DNA from: Octopus bimaculoides
Taxonomy: Eukaryota
Length of the DNA stretch: 64,000 nt
Direction of reading: 5' to 3'
Assembly (NCBI RefSeq): GCF_001194135.2
Contig: NC_068989.1
Coordinates: forward strand, 80,880,849 to 80,944,848
Position numbers and translations under genes: made by a program. Each line of letters starts with the position of its first letter. Within the stretch, counting starts at the first letter, position 1. Positions 47,558 to 60,960 of the stretch are shown here, in pieces. Below the pieces are notes generated by a model, which did no database searches, was not told where the DNA came from, and was given only the letters and a program-made list of their open reading frames with translations.

Positions 47558-48895
47558 AACCATGTGGTTGGAAAATGAACTTCTTACTACAAAACCACAC
47601 CTGAATACTTAACTGTTTCAAAACTTGAGACCTCAGCAACGCAAGGCATATCAAGTACAATATATAAAAGGATAAACAATAGTTACCTGTCTTTTTTTAT
47701 GCAAGCAAGTCTTAGCAAATATATATATGTATATACATATATATTTATAAATATATATTCCAAATTGTGGCACTCCTGTGAAAGTCTCGAAAACAATACC
47801 TCAACAAACTGACACGATATTGTGCTGGAATTTCTTTTCAATATTTTTTTCCCTCACACGAAATAGAAGAACCCCTTATAAGAGGAATTTCTCAAGTCAG
47901 ACTTCACCTTACAGACAGATGAAGCAAAATTTTAAAGGAAAAGAAAAAGATGTACGAAAAAAGCAGCTCAGCTCATAAAATTATTGCTATTATTACTATT
48001 ATCATCAATTCCTCAATGTATGGAATATCTTTACAGGGCTGGTTCTTCTAATAAGTTTTGCAGTGGGGTTTCAAGCAGTCAACCAGAGAACCGAGGAAGA
48101 CACGACAATATAAAAAAAAAACTTTTAATAATAAAGAGAAAGAGAGGCAGAGTGAATTAAAGAGAAACAGATAAGAAAAGAGACAGAGAGAGAGACATAA
48201 AAGAAGACTCTAAAAGAGTTATACATATATATGTAGAGGAGGGGTGAGACAGATAAAGAAGAAGAGAAAATAAGATGGGTCATGTGATCAGTTATGTTAT
48301 TATTGAAAGAGAAATTTAAAAGGACAGGACAGGTATGCATAATTACATCTTTGAGGAGGAAAGAGAGAGTGAGAGTGGGAGAGAGAGAGAGAGGAGGGAG
48401 ACAGAGGAAAGACAGAGAAGGGATGCATGAACAAGTGACAGGAATGTTTATTACTAGCTTGACTTGAAGTCAAGCAAGGGAGGGAGGGAGGAGGTGGAGG
48501 ATAGGACCAGTGGCACAGATCCTTGTTACACATGGTTTTATTATTTTACAGGTATGTATGTGTCATCCATCCCTATACACAAGCAATCTACAAACATGCC
48601 CACACATACAAACAACCTTTACATGTACTGTCTGAACAAGCCAATGTGGGAACCTCTCTCTATGCAGTTGCTCATCCTGCTAGAAATAGCAGCTAAATTC
48701 CCATCCTGTGACACACCACCTCAATGACTTAGAACAGAGGTTCTCAACCATTTTTTACCTGTGGACCCCTTTGATTATTATTCTATTCGGGTGGACCATG
48801 ATAGGCATTCAAGGTTTAAAAACTAGTTTTATAGAAACTTCTTTCAAAATTCCTATTTTTTGTTTTTCACACATTAACTTGTGTAAATTGAACTA

Positions 48896-49313
48896 TACTC
48901 TTTACCCTTTTACTTGTTTCAGTCATTTGACTGCGGCCATGCTGGAGCACCGCCTTTAGTTAAGCAAATCGACCCCAGGACTTATTCTTTGAAAGCCTAG
49001 TACTTATTCTATCGGTCTCTTTTTGCCGAACTGCTAAGTTACGGGGACATAAACACACCAGCATCGGTTGTCAAGCGATGTTGGGGGGGACAAACACAGA
49101 CACACAAACACACACATCTATATATATATATATATATACATACATATATACGACAGGCTTCTTTCAGTTTCCGTCTACCAAATCCACTCACAAGGCTTTG
49201 GTCGGCCCAAGGCTATAGTAGAAGACACTTGCCCAAGGTGCCACCCAGTGGGACTGAACCCAGAACCATGTGGTTGGTAGGCAAGCTACTTACCACACAG
49301 CCACTCCTGCACC
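48896..49313 (-). mobile_element. CORE-type SINE family C, full length
   Basis: Complete consensus; it interrupts a hAT-MITE left end that starts at 48735. Confidence 0.9.
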
Positions 49314-50165
49314 TATGTAAAATGTTAGAGAATAAGGTACCAGCTACCACCTTATTGCCCATAACAATAATAATTACAATAATAGCGGTTTCAAATTTTG
49401 GCATAAGGCCAGCAGTTTCGGGGTTGGAGATGAGTCGAATACATCAAAACCCCACTACTCAACTGGTACCTATTTTATCGACCCTGGAAGGATAAAAGGC
49501 AAAGTCAACCTCAGTGGAGTTTGAACTCAGAACATAGAGACTGGTGAAACGTTGCCAAGCATTTAGCCTGGCATGCTTATGATTCTGCCAGATCATCATC
49601 ATCCTTTAATGTCCATTGTCCATGCTGGCATGGGTTGGACGGTTTGACTGGGCTGGAATGCTGCGCCAGGCCACAGTCTGACTTAGCCTGGTTTTCTACA
49701 GCTGGATGCCCTTCCTAATGCCAACCACTCTGAGAGCGTTATGGGTGCTTTTATGTGCCACCAGCACAGGTGCCATTTGCATAACACCGGTATCTGCCAC
49801 GACTACGATTTTGCCCAGCTTGATGGGTCTTCTTCTCAAGCACAACATAATGCCAAAGGTCTCGGTCATTGCCTCCGTGAGGCCCAACACTTGAAAGGAA
49901 CTCGGCTACTTTGCCTCTATGAGGCCCAATGCTCAAAAGAAACTCAGTCAATAATGGTTTCAAATTTTGGCACAAGGCCATCCATTTCAGGGTAAAAGGT
50001 AAGTTGATTACCATTCCCAGTGCTCAGGTGGTACTTATTTTATCGATTTAAAAAGGAAGAAAGATAGAGTCAACACCAGTGGCATTTGAACTCAGAACGT
50101 GGAGTCAGAAGAAATGCTGCTAAGCATTTTGTCTGACACAGCAATGATTCTGCCAGCTCCCTGCC

Positions 50166-50196
<31 letters not shown>

Positions 50197-50400
50197 ATGA
50201 AAAATGTGCACCACTAATTGCTCCAAAAGAATAGCTAGACAGAGACAATTAGAACATCAAATGAGATGTCCTGCAATATTTATCTTAGCACTTTGCATTC
50301 TGAGTTCAAATCTTACTTCAGTCAACTTTGATGTGTCGTCCTTCCAAGGTCAATAAATAAAGCATTAGCCTAAAACAGAGGACTGGCGGAAGCATCAGAG

Positions 50401-50687
50401 CAGTGGTTCTCAACCATTTTTTTGCCTATGGACCCCTTTGTTTCCCATTTTACTTGGATGGAACTCCCAAACCATTCACTGCATATAAAAAAAAAATCTT
50501 GCCTTACTGCTTTTAATTAAATATTANNNNNNNNNNNNNNNNNNNNNNNNNNNNNNNNNNNNNNNNNNNNNNNNNNNNNNNNNNNNNNNNNNNNNNNNNN
50601 NNNNNNNNNNGTATTCTAAAATTATAACCGATTTATTGCACACAAATTTTAGCAAAATCTTATATAGACTCTAGTTGAGAACCATTG
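50401..50687. mobile_element. Same hAT MITE family, spanning a gap
   Basis: CAGTGGTTCTCAACCATTTT ... GTTGAGAACCATTG; TSD degraded. A left end only is seen at 48735, and a right end only of a related hAT at ~33592-33611. Confidence 0.7.
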
Positions 50688-51613
50688 TGTTAGAGCATCA
50701 GAAGAGACACCAGCAAGATTTGAACACACCTAACTAAATATTAAAATACATTACATCTGACACTACCAATCTGCCAGCCTCCTGCTTTGTAATAATCCTT
50801 ACTACTATAGGCACAAGGCCAAAAATTTGGGGCAGGGGGTGGGTGATTACATCGACCCCAGTGTTTCACTGGTACTTAATTTATCAACCTTGAAAGGATG
50901 AAAAGCAAAGTCGACCTGGGTGGAATTTGAACTCAGAACGTAGCGGCAGACGAAATACCGCTAAGCATTTCACCTATGGTGCTAACGATTCTGCCAGTTT
51001 ACTGCCTTTGTTGCCTTGTAATAATAATTGTTTGTAATAGAAGCATAGGAAGATACCCTGAGGTATTCATTCCAGTTTGCTACATTCTGAGTCTAAAACT
51101 TGGTGTGGCTTACTTGAATAGCAACCTTAATCCATAACCCAGTTTAATACCACGACCTGGGCCTCAGGCACTTGCAGCAAAGTCTACTCTTGTTGCTAGG
51201 ATTCACAAGCAGGCCTCCCTGATTGAAGATACCTTCCTCCTTCCCTCCCAACTGCCTCAGAGATCCCTGCAAAGGGTCACAGACACTTCCTTTTGCTTTC
51301 TTGACTAAAAGATTTTGAAAAAAGGGGGGACGGGAGAAAAGTATGTCTACTTTTCTTTAAGCTGGATCAGTGAAGATAAAATCCAAAATGTAAAGTTGAC
51401 ATTTAAAAAACAAAACAAAAAAAACTCGGAGTAATAATGACTTTCGACAGTTAAAGCATGTGGAAGAAGAATTGGGAATGGAAGAGGGGCCAATGAGAGT
51501 AGAAAAGGTTATAGGGAGATGACCTTTTTTTTTGACAGTTAGAGGTAGGAATTTGGATGTTTGCATTTGTGGCTCTGGGAATTCCATTTATATTGAGAGA
51601 GAGAGAGAGAGGG

Positions 51614-51651
<38 letters not shown>

Positions 51652-52568
51652 GGGGAGAGGAGAGATGATGGGGAGAGGAGGAATGAGTGAGTCCACAGTC
51701 AAAATACATTGCAAGGATGACTTAACAAATAAAACTAACAAACGACCAAGAGATATAATTACAAGCACAGGAATAAGGAAAAGATGTAATTACAAACACA
51801 CACACAGAGACCCTTTTTTGTTTTATGGGAAAAAATATGGTTGATTGCAAGTGACCTTGAGACAGTTGAAACTAGAACAACATTGTATTCAAATCAATGC
51901 AATATTTAATTACTTTTTCACATGCTTAACTATATTATTAAGAAGCTTGCCTTGCCAATTACATGGTCTTGGGTTCAGTCCCACTGAACAGCACCATAGG
52001 CACACGTCCTCTACTATTGCACCAGGCCGACCAATGCCTTGAGAGTGAATTTGGTGAATGGAAACCGTGTGGAAGCCTATCATGTGTGCGTGGGTGTGTG
52101 AGTGCATGTGTATCTATTTGAGATACACGGTCGTGAGCTCGATTCCCTGCAGTGAGTTGTATTCTTGAGCACAACACTTCATGTTGTTCCAGTCCACTCA
52201 GCTGGCAAAAATGAGTCACACTGAATCTCAGCTGGCATTCTGTGTCACACTGAATCTCCCTGAGAACTATGTTAAGGATATGTGCCTCTGTGGAGTGCTC
52301 AGACACTTCCACATTAATTTCACAAGTAGGCTGTTCTATTGAGGCGATCAACTGGAACCCTAACCATCATAACTGACGGAGTGCCAGTTTTATTTTAGTG
52401 TTTTCTATAATAGAAAAGAAAATATCATTAATAGAGAACTGGGCAACAACACTGGAGCAGTATTTGGCTTTAACCTCTATATTCTGAATACAAATCATGG
52501 CACGACTGAATTCATCTTTCAAAGCTTTCATCTGAGTAATAAAATAAGCACACTGCAATTTAGTTGAT

Positions 52569-52954
52569 GGTGGTGGTTGGCACTCCATCGCTTACGACGT
52601 CAAGGGTTCCAGTTGATCCGATCAACGGAACAGCCTGTTCGTGAAATTAACGTGCAAGTGGCTGAGCATTCCACAGACACGTGTACCCTTAACGTAGTTC
52701 TCGGGGATATTCAGCGTGACACAGTGTGACAAGGCTGACCCTTTGAATTACAGGCACAACAAAAAGAGGAAGTAAGAGTGAGAGAAAGTTGTGGTGAAAG
52801 AGTACAGCAGGGTTCACCACCATCCCCTGCCGGAGCCTCGTGGAGCTTTAGGTGTTTTCACTCAATAAACACTCAGAATGCCCGGTCTGGGAATCGAAAT
52901 CGTGATTCTACGACCGCGAGTCTGCTGCCCTAATCACTGGGCCATTGCGCCTCC
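52569..52954 (-). mobile_element. SINE family A, full length
   Basis: Same consensus; flanking duplication TTTAGTTGAT. Confidence 0.9.
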
Positions 52955-53249
52955 ACTATTTTAGTTGATAGTTTGCTCTAAAAAGTAACTTGCAATCTTG
53001 TATCAATATTAAGAGTTAAAATTATTATCATCACCATCACCTTCATCATCTTTCACCAAGGTGGTCAATCTGCTAAATACCAGTATGATAACCACACTAA
53101 AGAAAAAAAAACATACTCTCACAAAATACGATTTGTTGGAGCACAGCTCCCAATGGCTTAGCTGATCAGATTAGCTCCACTGCTAATTTCAATTTCAGTG
53201 TTGTGAAGCCAACTTTTTAATTACACAGCCATGACTTCATCTTTCTGTG

Positions 53250-53288
<39 letters not shown>

Positions 53289-53290
53289 AC

Positions 53291-53406
53291 CTGTTTTAGT
53301 CGTTACACAGTAGATGGTGCCAGGTGTTTGCTAGTTTGTTATTCATGAAGTTGTAAAACAACTATATGAATTCCATTAAACAGATCCAAGGCTGGTGAAG
53401 ATTTGA
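53291..53406 (-). other. Candidate non-coding (5'UTR or lncRNA) exon
   Basis: Consensus donor CAG|GTAAGTG and strong acceptor ttattatttctttgcctctag|. Length 116 nt, with stops in all three frames. Confidence 0.35.
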
Positions 53407-54161
53407 CTAGAGGCAAAGAAATAATAACTGTGTGATAATGATGATGATGGTGACGACAGCGGCAGCGATGATGACGGAGATGATGAGAGTTTACAGCAAA
53501 TTAGCAAATGCAATCTATCTGCTTAGTTTTTTCTGTTTGCAACTTGGAATTTAAACTTAACAAGAGAACAAACAAGTGAACAGGAAATAAAATTTATTCT
53601 CTTATTTACTCTACACACAATAAATTTGTCAATATAATTAGCTGTTTCTTTATGAGACCATCAGAGAAGCAGGGTCTTGTCAAAACTGCTAATAACCCTA
53701 GGTCAATCTCGTTCAAGCAGAACCATGATCAAAAGGTGTCCTACATATGAAAAATACAATCTCTGTTAAACCTTTTTGATACCAACCCACCCAAGACTGT
53801 CCCTGGTCCTATCATACAAACCAAAGCTGTGGAGTCGGAGTCGGAAACAATTAAGGGGTAGCTGGAGTTGGAGTTGGTATGGTTTTACAGACTCTGACTC
53901 ACAATATCTTTATTGTTTAATATAAACCAGTTAAAACATATAGGCCTACTCAAAGTACAAGCGTATGCATATGCTTTACGAGATCTGTATTGAATGTATC
54001 TTAATTACATAAAGAAGAGTCAGAGTTGGAATCAGAGTCAGAGATTTTATTTCGACTCCACAGTCCTACTACAAAGTCCGTTTTATAGTTATCTAAGTTA
54101 ACACCTTCCACCAGAATTTCATGTTAATTTATGCTGCAAACTAGCCTAATAATGACAAAAT

Positions 54162-54450
54162 CATCATCATCATCATCATTGTTTAACGTCCGCCTTCCAT
54201 GCTAGCACGGGTTGGACGATTTGACTGAGGACTGGCAAAGCAGATGGCTACACCAGGCTCCAATCTGATTTGGCAGAGTTTCTACAGCTGGATGCCCTTT
54301 CTAACGCCAACCACTCCGAGAGTGTAGTGGGTGCTTTTACGTGTCACCGGCATGAAGGCCAGCCAGGCGGTACTGGCAACGGCCACACTCAAAATGGTGT
54401 ATTTTATGTGCCACCTGCACAGGAGCCAGTCCAGTAGCACTGGCAACAAC
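54162..54450 (-). mobile_element. Family E copy
   Basis: Near-identical to 40840-41125. Other copies at ~2690-2760, 8400-8590, 29636-30035, 34920-35360, 49590-49900, 56345-56495, 58020-58260. Confidence 0.75.
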
Positions 54451-55943
54451 CATTTCATTGAATTCTTTGTTATTTTCAAAATGAACGAAAACAAAGGTAG
54501 GATATATCAACAGAAATATGGCAATCAGAGACAGACATCATTGCCCAGGGTGTCTTCTTTGGTATTCTATCTTTTGTGGGTTTCAGTCACTGGACTGTGG
54601 CCTTGCTGGGGCATCACATTTCTGATTTTTTTTTTTTTTTTTTAAATCAAACAAATCAACTCTAGTGCTTATTTTTTTAAGTGTAGCACTTATTCTATTG
54701 GTCTAGTTTGGCGAAGCACTAAGTTATGAAAATATAAACAAACTAACACTGGTTAGCAAGCAGTTGGGGGGGAGGACAAACACACACAACAGGCTTCCAC
54801 AGTTTCTGTCTACCAAATTTACAAGGCATTGGTCAGCCTGGGGCAACAGAAAAAGATACTTGCTCAAGGTACTGAACCCAAGACCAAGTAATTGCAAAAC
54901 AAGCTTCTTAAACACATACCCAATATTATCATTATTATTTTTTTTTTTTTTTTTTTAAGTTCATGCAGTTTGATAGGAGGGTAAAAAAATGATATCTTTA
55001 AGAGAGCAAGAAATATATATTTCTCCCATATTTTGTCATGCAGTGTGTGTGTGTGTGTGTGTTTAAGTATTATTTTTCATTTTTTAGTAAATTCAAAATA
55101 ATAAATATGCTCAAAATGTACACCCACTCCACTTCAAGTCAAGTCCTCTTCAACAAGAAGAACATGACAGCCATTGACCNNNNNNNNNNNNNNNNNNNNN
55201 NNNNNNNNNNNNNNNNNNNNNNNNNNNNNNNNNNNNNNNNNNNNNNNNNNNNNNNNNNNNNNNNNNNNNNNNNNNNNNNNNNNNNNNNNNNNNNNNNNNN
55301 NNNNNNNNNNNNNNNNNNNNNNNNNNNNNNNNNNNNNNNNNNNNNNNNNNNNNNNNNNNNNNNNNNNNNNNNNNNNNNNNNNNNNNNNNNNNNNNNNNNN
55401 NNNNNNNNNNNNNNNNNNNNNNNNNNNNNNNNNNNNNNNNNNNNNNNNNNNNNNNNNNNNNNNNNNNNNNNNNNNNNNNNNNNNNNNNNNNNNNNNNNNN
55501 NNNNNNNNNNNNNNNNNNNNNNNNNNNNNNNNNNNNNNNNNNNNNNNNNNNNNNNNNNNNNNNNNNNNNNNNNNNNNNNNNNNNNNNNNNNNNNNNNNNN
55601 NNNNNNNNNNNNNNNNNNNNNNNNNNNNNNNNNNNNNNNNNNNNNNNNNNNNNNNNNNNNNNNNNNNNNNNNNNNNNNNNNNNNNNNNNNNNNNNNNNNN
55701 NNNNNNNNNNNNNNNNNNNNNNNNNNNNNNNNTTTTTCACTCGCATTGTTTTGAATTAATCATGCATTATCTCATAGCTTTGAGGTTTCAATGATGTGAT
55801 TGTTTATTTTTAGAATGTCAGTGTAGGTTAGGTGTGAGAGGTTAGATATCGCCAGTTTAAATATAAAACATGTAGAATATTTGGGCCAGATATGGCCAGT
55901 TTAAACACTAAAGGGTTAAATTATACATACACACACACACATA

Positions 55944-56170
55944 CAGGGTTGGCCAAAAGTCACCTGACAGTAAATCAAAACCATTTAATTCCAAGTTTTA
56001 TTTATGTTTAACAACTGAAAGAATTTAATAAAAGTATCTAAATGTGAAACATCATGAAAATTGTTCAAACTGAAGTCCTTGAGCGACACATTTTTCCATC
56101 CAAGTCAAACAGAATTACAGATAGCATTTATGGAATTGATTTACTATCAGGTGAATTCTGGCCAACCCTG
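55944..56170. mobile_element. Tc1/mariner MITE, 227 bp
   Basis: TIR CAGGGTTGGCCAAAAGTCACCTGACAGTA vs CAGGGTTGGCCAGAATTCACCTGATAGTA; TA TSD. Confidence 0.85.
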
Positions 56171-56743
56171 TAATATGGCTGTGTGGTTAAGAAGTCCACC
56201 TCACAACCATATGGTTTCAGGTTCAGTATTACTGTGTGGCACCTTGGGCAAGTGTCTTCTACTGTCCCTGAACCAATCAAAGCCTTGTGAAAGGACATAA
56301 TAGACAGAAGCTGAAAGAAATTCATAAGAAATATATGAGTATGCATTGGCATTAGGAAGGGCATCCAGCTGTAGAAATTCTGCCAAATCAGATTGGAGCC
56401 TAGTGTAGCCATCTGGTTCACTAGTCCTCAGTCAAATCGTCCAACCCATGCTAGAATGGAAAGCGGACGTTAAACGATGATGAGGATGATGATGTATCTT
56501 AACATGTGTGTAACACAGACATGAGGAACGACAAATATGTTTTTTCTCAGAGTTAAGCTGACTTCTCAAGGATGACTCATTAATAAGTAAGCAATGTTTT
56601 TGACCCTTTCATTACCATATTTATGTTGGAACACACCACCTTTACTTCAATTAATTTTGAAAATAATGAAGAATTCAATAAAATAATTGTCATTATTAAA
56701 CTGGTATTTGAAACAAACTATCATGAAATTTTCATAGATGAGT

Positions 56744-57067
56744 TTACTCTTTTACTTGTTTCAGTCATTTGACTGTGGCCATGCTGGAGCACTGCCTTTT
56801 TTACTCGAGCTAATCGACCCCAGGACGTAAACACACCAGCATCGGTTGTCAAGCTATGTTGGGGGGACAAACACAGACACACATATATATATATATATAT
56901 ATATACGACGGGCTTCTTTCAGTTTCCGTCTACCAAATCCACTCACAAGGCTTTGGTCAGCCCAAGGCTATAGAAGAAGACACTTGCCCAAGGTGCCACG
57001 CAGTGGGACTGAACCTGGAACCATGTGGTTGGTAAGCATGCTACTTACCACACAGCCACTCCTACGC
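56744..57067 (-). mobile_element. SINE family C with an internal deletion between GGAC repeats
   Basis: CCCAGGAC|GTAAACAC junction lacks the ~66-nt block present in the 38435 and 48896 copies. Older C fragments at ~1-310, 5635-6310, 9190-9470, 14340-14520, 22020-22300, 26215-26955, 27155-27310, 33155-33430, 42785-42980, 54560-54920, 57265-57650, 58340-58490. Confidence 0.85.
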
Positions 57068-58797
57068 TTATGTTTAATTAAGATTATCTTAAAACATGAT
57101 TTTTATATCATAGAACCAGGTGTGATTTCAGATAGGCTAATGGCTAGTATCAAAAAAATTAAAAAGAATCTTAACAAAAAGTATAAAACTAAACTCAGTT
57201 GGGGCAGCATCAAATTAAAGATCCAGAGGTCTCTGGTTCAATCTTGGATTTCAGCTTTTTGGTGTAGACATGGATGTGTGGTTAAGAAGCTCATTCTGAA
57301 ACCATATGGTTTCCAGTTCAGTCTCACTGCATGCCACTTTGGGTAAGTATACTCTACTAAAAAAAGCCTTGGGCCAAGCAATACTTTGGTAGAGAAGAAA
57401 TTGAGTGGAAACATTGTATCTGTGTTATGTATGTGTGTGTGTGTGTGTGTTCGTTTTGTCACTCCCACCACTTGACAACCAGAGTTGGTTTATATCCCCA
57501 TAACTTAACAGTTCAGCAAAAGTGACCAACAGAATTAGAACCAGACTTAAAAATCTGTACTTGGTGTGATCAGTTCAACTAAAACCTTTCAAGGTAATAT
57601 CCTAGCATGGTTGCAGTCCAATGACTAAAGTAACTAAAAGCTAAAAGATAGTTAGGAAGTCAGGACTTCAATGTATTTTGCACTATTATTTTGACTACTA
57701 ATACCTTGAAGGGATTGTGTACTTCTTTATGCAAAATTATGATTATTGCTTTTCATTTTTCTTAAATCCGATACCACTTCCTTAGAAATCCTAGCCTACT
57801 CATTCATCATCTAAATAACTTGCTAACTTATTAATGACAAAACAAAAACTAAAAAAAAAAGAGATTTCGTTTTAAGAGTTTTGCAATAAATCATTGATAT
57901 ACAAAAGAAAAAAAATAACTTCAAAAGTTTTTGAGATGCTAGCTTTCAACAATCAAATTAACTGGATAAAAGCAGGAAGCATCTGACTTTTGCTCACTGA
58001 GGCAGTGAATACACTCCATCATCATCATTATCCTCTCCATCTTTATCATTTTAATGTCTACTCTTCACTTTTCTAGGCTCACAAGAATCAGATAGAATTC
58101 AGTGAGGCAAATTCTCTATGGCTGGATGCCCTTCCTGTCACAAACTGTCACTTGTTTCCAGGCAAAGTAATACTTCCACAAAGGAAAGATTGAAAACAAA
58201 GGACACTGCTTGAGTGTATAATGGTGATGCTTATTTACAAGTACCATGCAATGTCAAAACAAACAAACACACACACATGCGCGTATGTGCGCTTATTCAG
58301 TAGAGTACTTTATTTCCCTAATCTTTGCTGTGGATCATTAAGTCGTGGGACTTCTTTCAGTTTCTGTCTACCAAATCCACAAACAAGGCTTTGGTCAGTC
58401 TTGCGTAAGATGCCTTACAGTGGGACAGAACCCAAAACCACACGGCTGGGAAGTGAACTTTTTAACCACATGGACATGTCTAATGCCTAGCCATAGGTTG
58501 AAAAATCATGAAATAGCTCATAATGATCTCTATCACTGGAACAAGTTCAGAAATAGGAGTAAAAGAAGAGTCAAAATAAATCAACCCCAGGAAGGTTGAA
58601 ATGTCAAGTGAACATAACAGGATTTGAGCCCAGAATTTAAAGGAAAGCAGCTAAACACTCAATAGTATTTTGCACAATATAAGAACCTCGATTTGGTAGA
58701 ACCACCCAAGCTGGTCATTAACAATGGTCTATCAGATCTGTCATTCAATAATTAGAACTGGGTTATAAAGACATCAAATATGATTGATAAAATTTAA

Positions 58798-59021
58798 CCC
58801 TAGGAGTCGAAACAGGGGCCTGAGATTGCCCCTGGTTCCACAATGCAAACTCAAACTTCTTATTTTGAAATAATCAAAATTAAAAGCTTTCATCATTTCA
58901 TCTTAATTAATGATCCAAATACCAACTTCATAATGACAAAGTTATTTTACTAAATTCTTTATTTTCAAAATTAATTGAAACAAAGACAGTGTATTGCAGC
59001 AGAAATATGATAACAAACGGG
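58798..59021. mobile_element. piggyBac-like MITE (TTAA-CCC...GGG-TTAA)
   Basis: TTAA on both sides and CCC/GGG termini, but TIRs are poorly conserved. Related fragments at ~21570-21700, 44520-44615, 56610-56720. A second TTAACCCTTTAGCA family at ~37391-37445, 44074-44163, 55733-55915. Confidence 0.55.
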
Positions 59022-59359
59022 TTAAGGAGACCTAAGAGTGTATCTGCATTATCGAGAAGCAAAGAATAAACAAGGAAGCTAAGGCGTGTCTTGAGAAAAC
59101 ATATTTAAATATTTCAGACAGAGAACCCATGATCATAGAAGACAGGAAGTTAGAAACAATTCTCTGGAGAATAGGAAAGTAGTCATTTTTTTTTTTTGGT
59201 AATGAAATCAGTTATGATCCCATTATCAAATGGCTTTGTTACACAAATGGTTCCAACTCTAATGGAGATACTGCAAACAGAGCATTATGGCAATTATGAT
59301 AAACCAATCCCTACAGTACATTATATTTATGTAATGTTAATGCTGACATATAAACATCT

Positions 59360-59680
59360 ATGTGCTGGCACCACATAAAAAGCACTTGTGCCGACACCAT
59401 GTAAAAAGCACTTGTGCCGACACCATGTAAAAAGCACTTGTGCTAGTGCCACATAGAAGGCACTCGTGCAAGCACTGCTTGAAAGGCACCTGTGCCAACA
59501 CCACATAAAAAGCACCCAGAACATTCCATAAAATGGTTGGCATTTAGAAGGGCACCCAGCTGTAGAAACCATGTCAAAACAGACAGCAGGAGCCCAGTGC
59601 AGCCCTCCAGCTGGACAGCTCCTGTCAAACCGTCCAACCCATGCCAGCATGGAAGATGGACATTAAATGATGACGATAAT
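59360..59680 (+). mobile_element. Family E variant with about six 26-bp internal tandem units
   Basis: Unit TGTGCTGGCACCACATAAAAAGCACT repeated at 59360-59516, then the GGCATTAGAAGGGCACCCAGCTGTAGAAAC tail ending GATGACGAT. Confidence 0.75.
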
Positions 59681-60739
59681 GCTAACATGTAAACATTTTT
59701 TGTATCGTTAATGGCAAATCATCATCAACAACAATCCCTAGACATTACTGTCTTGTGTTTTAGGATTCATAGGGCCCGAAATGACAACATTTCCCCTGGA
59801 TAGGATGTCAGTCCATCAGAGTTACTCATTGACAGCTGAATGGACAGGAGCAATGTGAAACATGAAAAGTGTTTTACTCTAAGACACAATGCACACCTGG
59901 TCCAGGCACTGAAGCCACCATCTTGTGATTGTGAGTGTGACATACTAACCACTAAGCTGTGCGCTTTCTAATGGCTTAATGCGAAGAGGAAGTGCAATGC
60001 GTATGATTTCTCGCAAGGCCCCCAAGACTGGTGGAAAGAAAAGTTGTTTAGCACCAGGTCAGCTCTGATCCAGCAAGCACATCAAATGACAAAGTGCAAC
60101 CTGTAGTTATGTTGTTCCAGTTGTACAAGGCTTTCTTCTCTATGCCTGGCTCAGAGCATTATTGCACACACCAACATGCAATGTACGAAATGCAGTGCTC
60201 CAGTCTTTACATATATTCTCTCCGGCTCTAGTTTATTCCTCTATGCCTGTAGAGTATTGTGATAAAGGTACATGGTTTAGTGGTGAGGATATTGTACACA
60301 TGATCTCACAATCATGGTTTCATTTCCTAGACCAGGCGGTGTGTGGTGTCTTGAGCAAAACACTTCATTTCAAGTTTCACATTGCACCAGTCCACTCAGC
60401 TGTAAATGAGCTGCAGCAACAGCTGGGAAATTAATCCTACGACAGACTGGTGTCCCGTTGGTGAGGAGTGTTGTTATATCAGTTACTTATGTCATAGGAG
60501 CTCCAGCCTTATGGCTCATGACAAAGCAAGAGTATGGTGATAGCCACAGCCAGGACTTGGTCAGAGAGCAAAAGTTGCCATTCCCTTGCACCTATATTAG
60601 CAGTGTTCATCCCAGCATAATGCGAATGATTATTGATACTAAAGGTATTTCTGCATGCTTAGTTAGAGAAGGAGAGAAGGAGGGTTTGGGAAATACGAGC
60701 AACAGATCAAGATATGTCAATCTTAGACATGGTCTAAAT

Positions 60740-60960
60740 CATTGGTTCTCAACCATTTTTTACCTATGGACCACTTTGGTTCCTAATTATACTTGGATGG
60801 AACCACCTGCCCCTAGCAATTTGATGTTTAAAAGATCCTTTTATATTTTTATAATTAGATATTATTAGGAATAAATTCTTGAAATATTCAATGTATCATA
60901 GGAGTATAACCAATTTTATTGCACCCCAAGTGTTATATGGACCACAGTTGAAAATCACTG
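60740..60960. mobile_element. hAT (MER5/Charlie-like) MITE, 221 bp
   Basis: TIR CATTGGTTCTCAAC / GTTGAAAATCACTG; perfect 8-bp TSD GTCTAAAT. Confidence 0.88.

Noticed and set aside
51114-51266. 153-nt segment with good minus-strand acceptor and donor
   Set aside because: All three frames contain stops; it looks more like a decayed retroelement fragment.
56846-57346. 166-aa ORF and the many recurring peptides such as YDGLLSVSVYQIHSQGFG, MSVECSATCTLIS and MRNWYLIYQPRKDERQ
   Set aside because: Chance frames of SINE families A, C, D and E, not genes or a protein repeat family.
59360-59516. Regular short repeats resembling a CRISPR array
   Set aside because: Units are contiguous with no unique spacers, lie inside a family E retroposon in a eukaryotic genome, and there are no cas genes.
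60458-60868. 136-aa ORF
   Set aside because: It runs across a family B SINE tail and a hAT MITE; composite chance frame.
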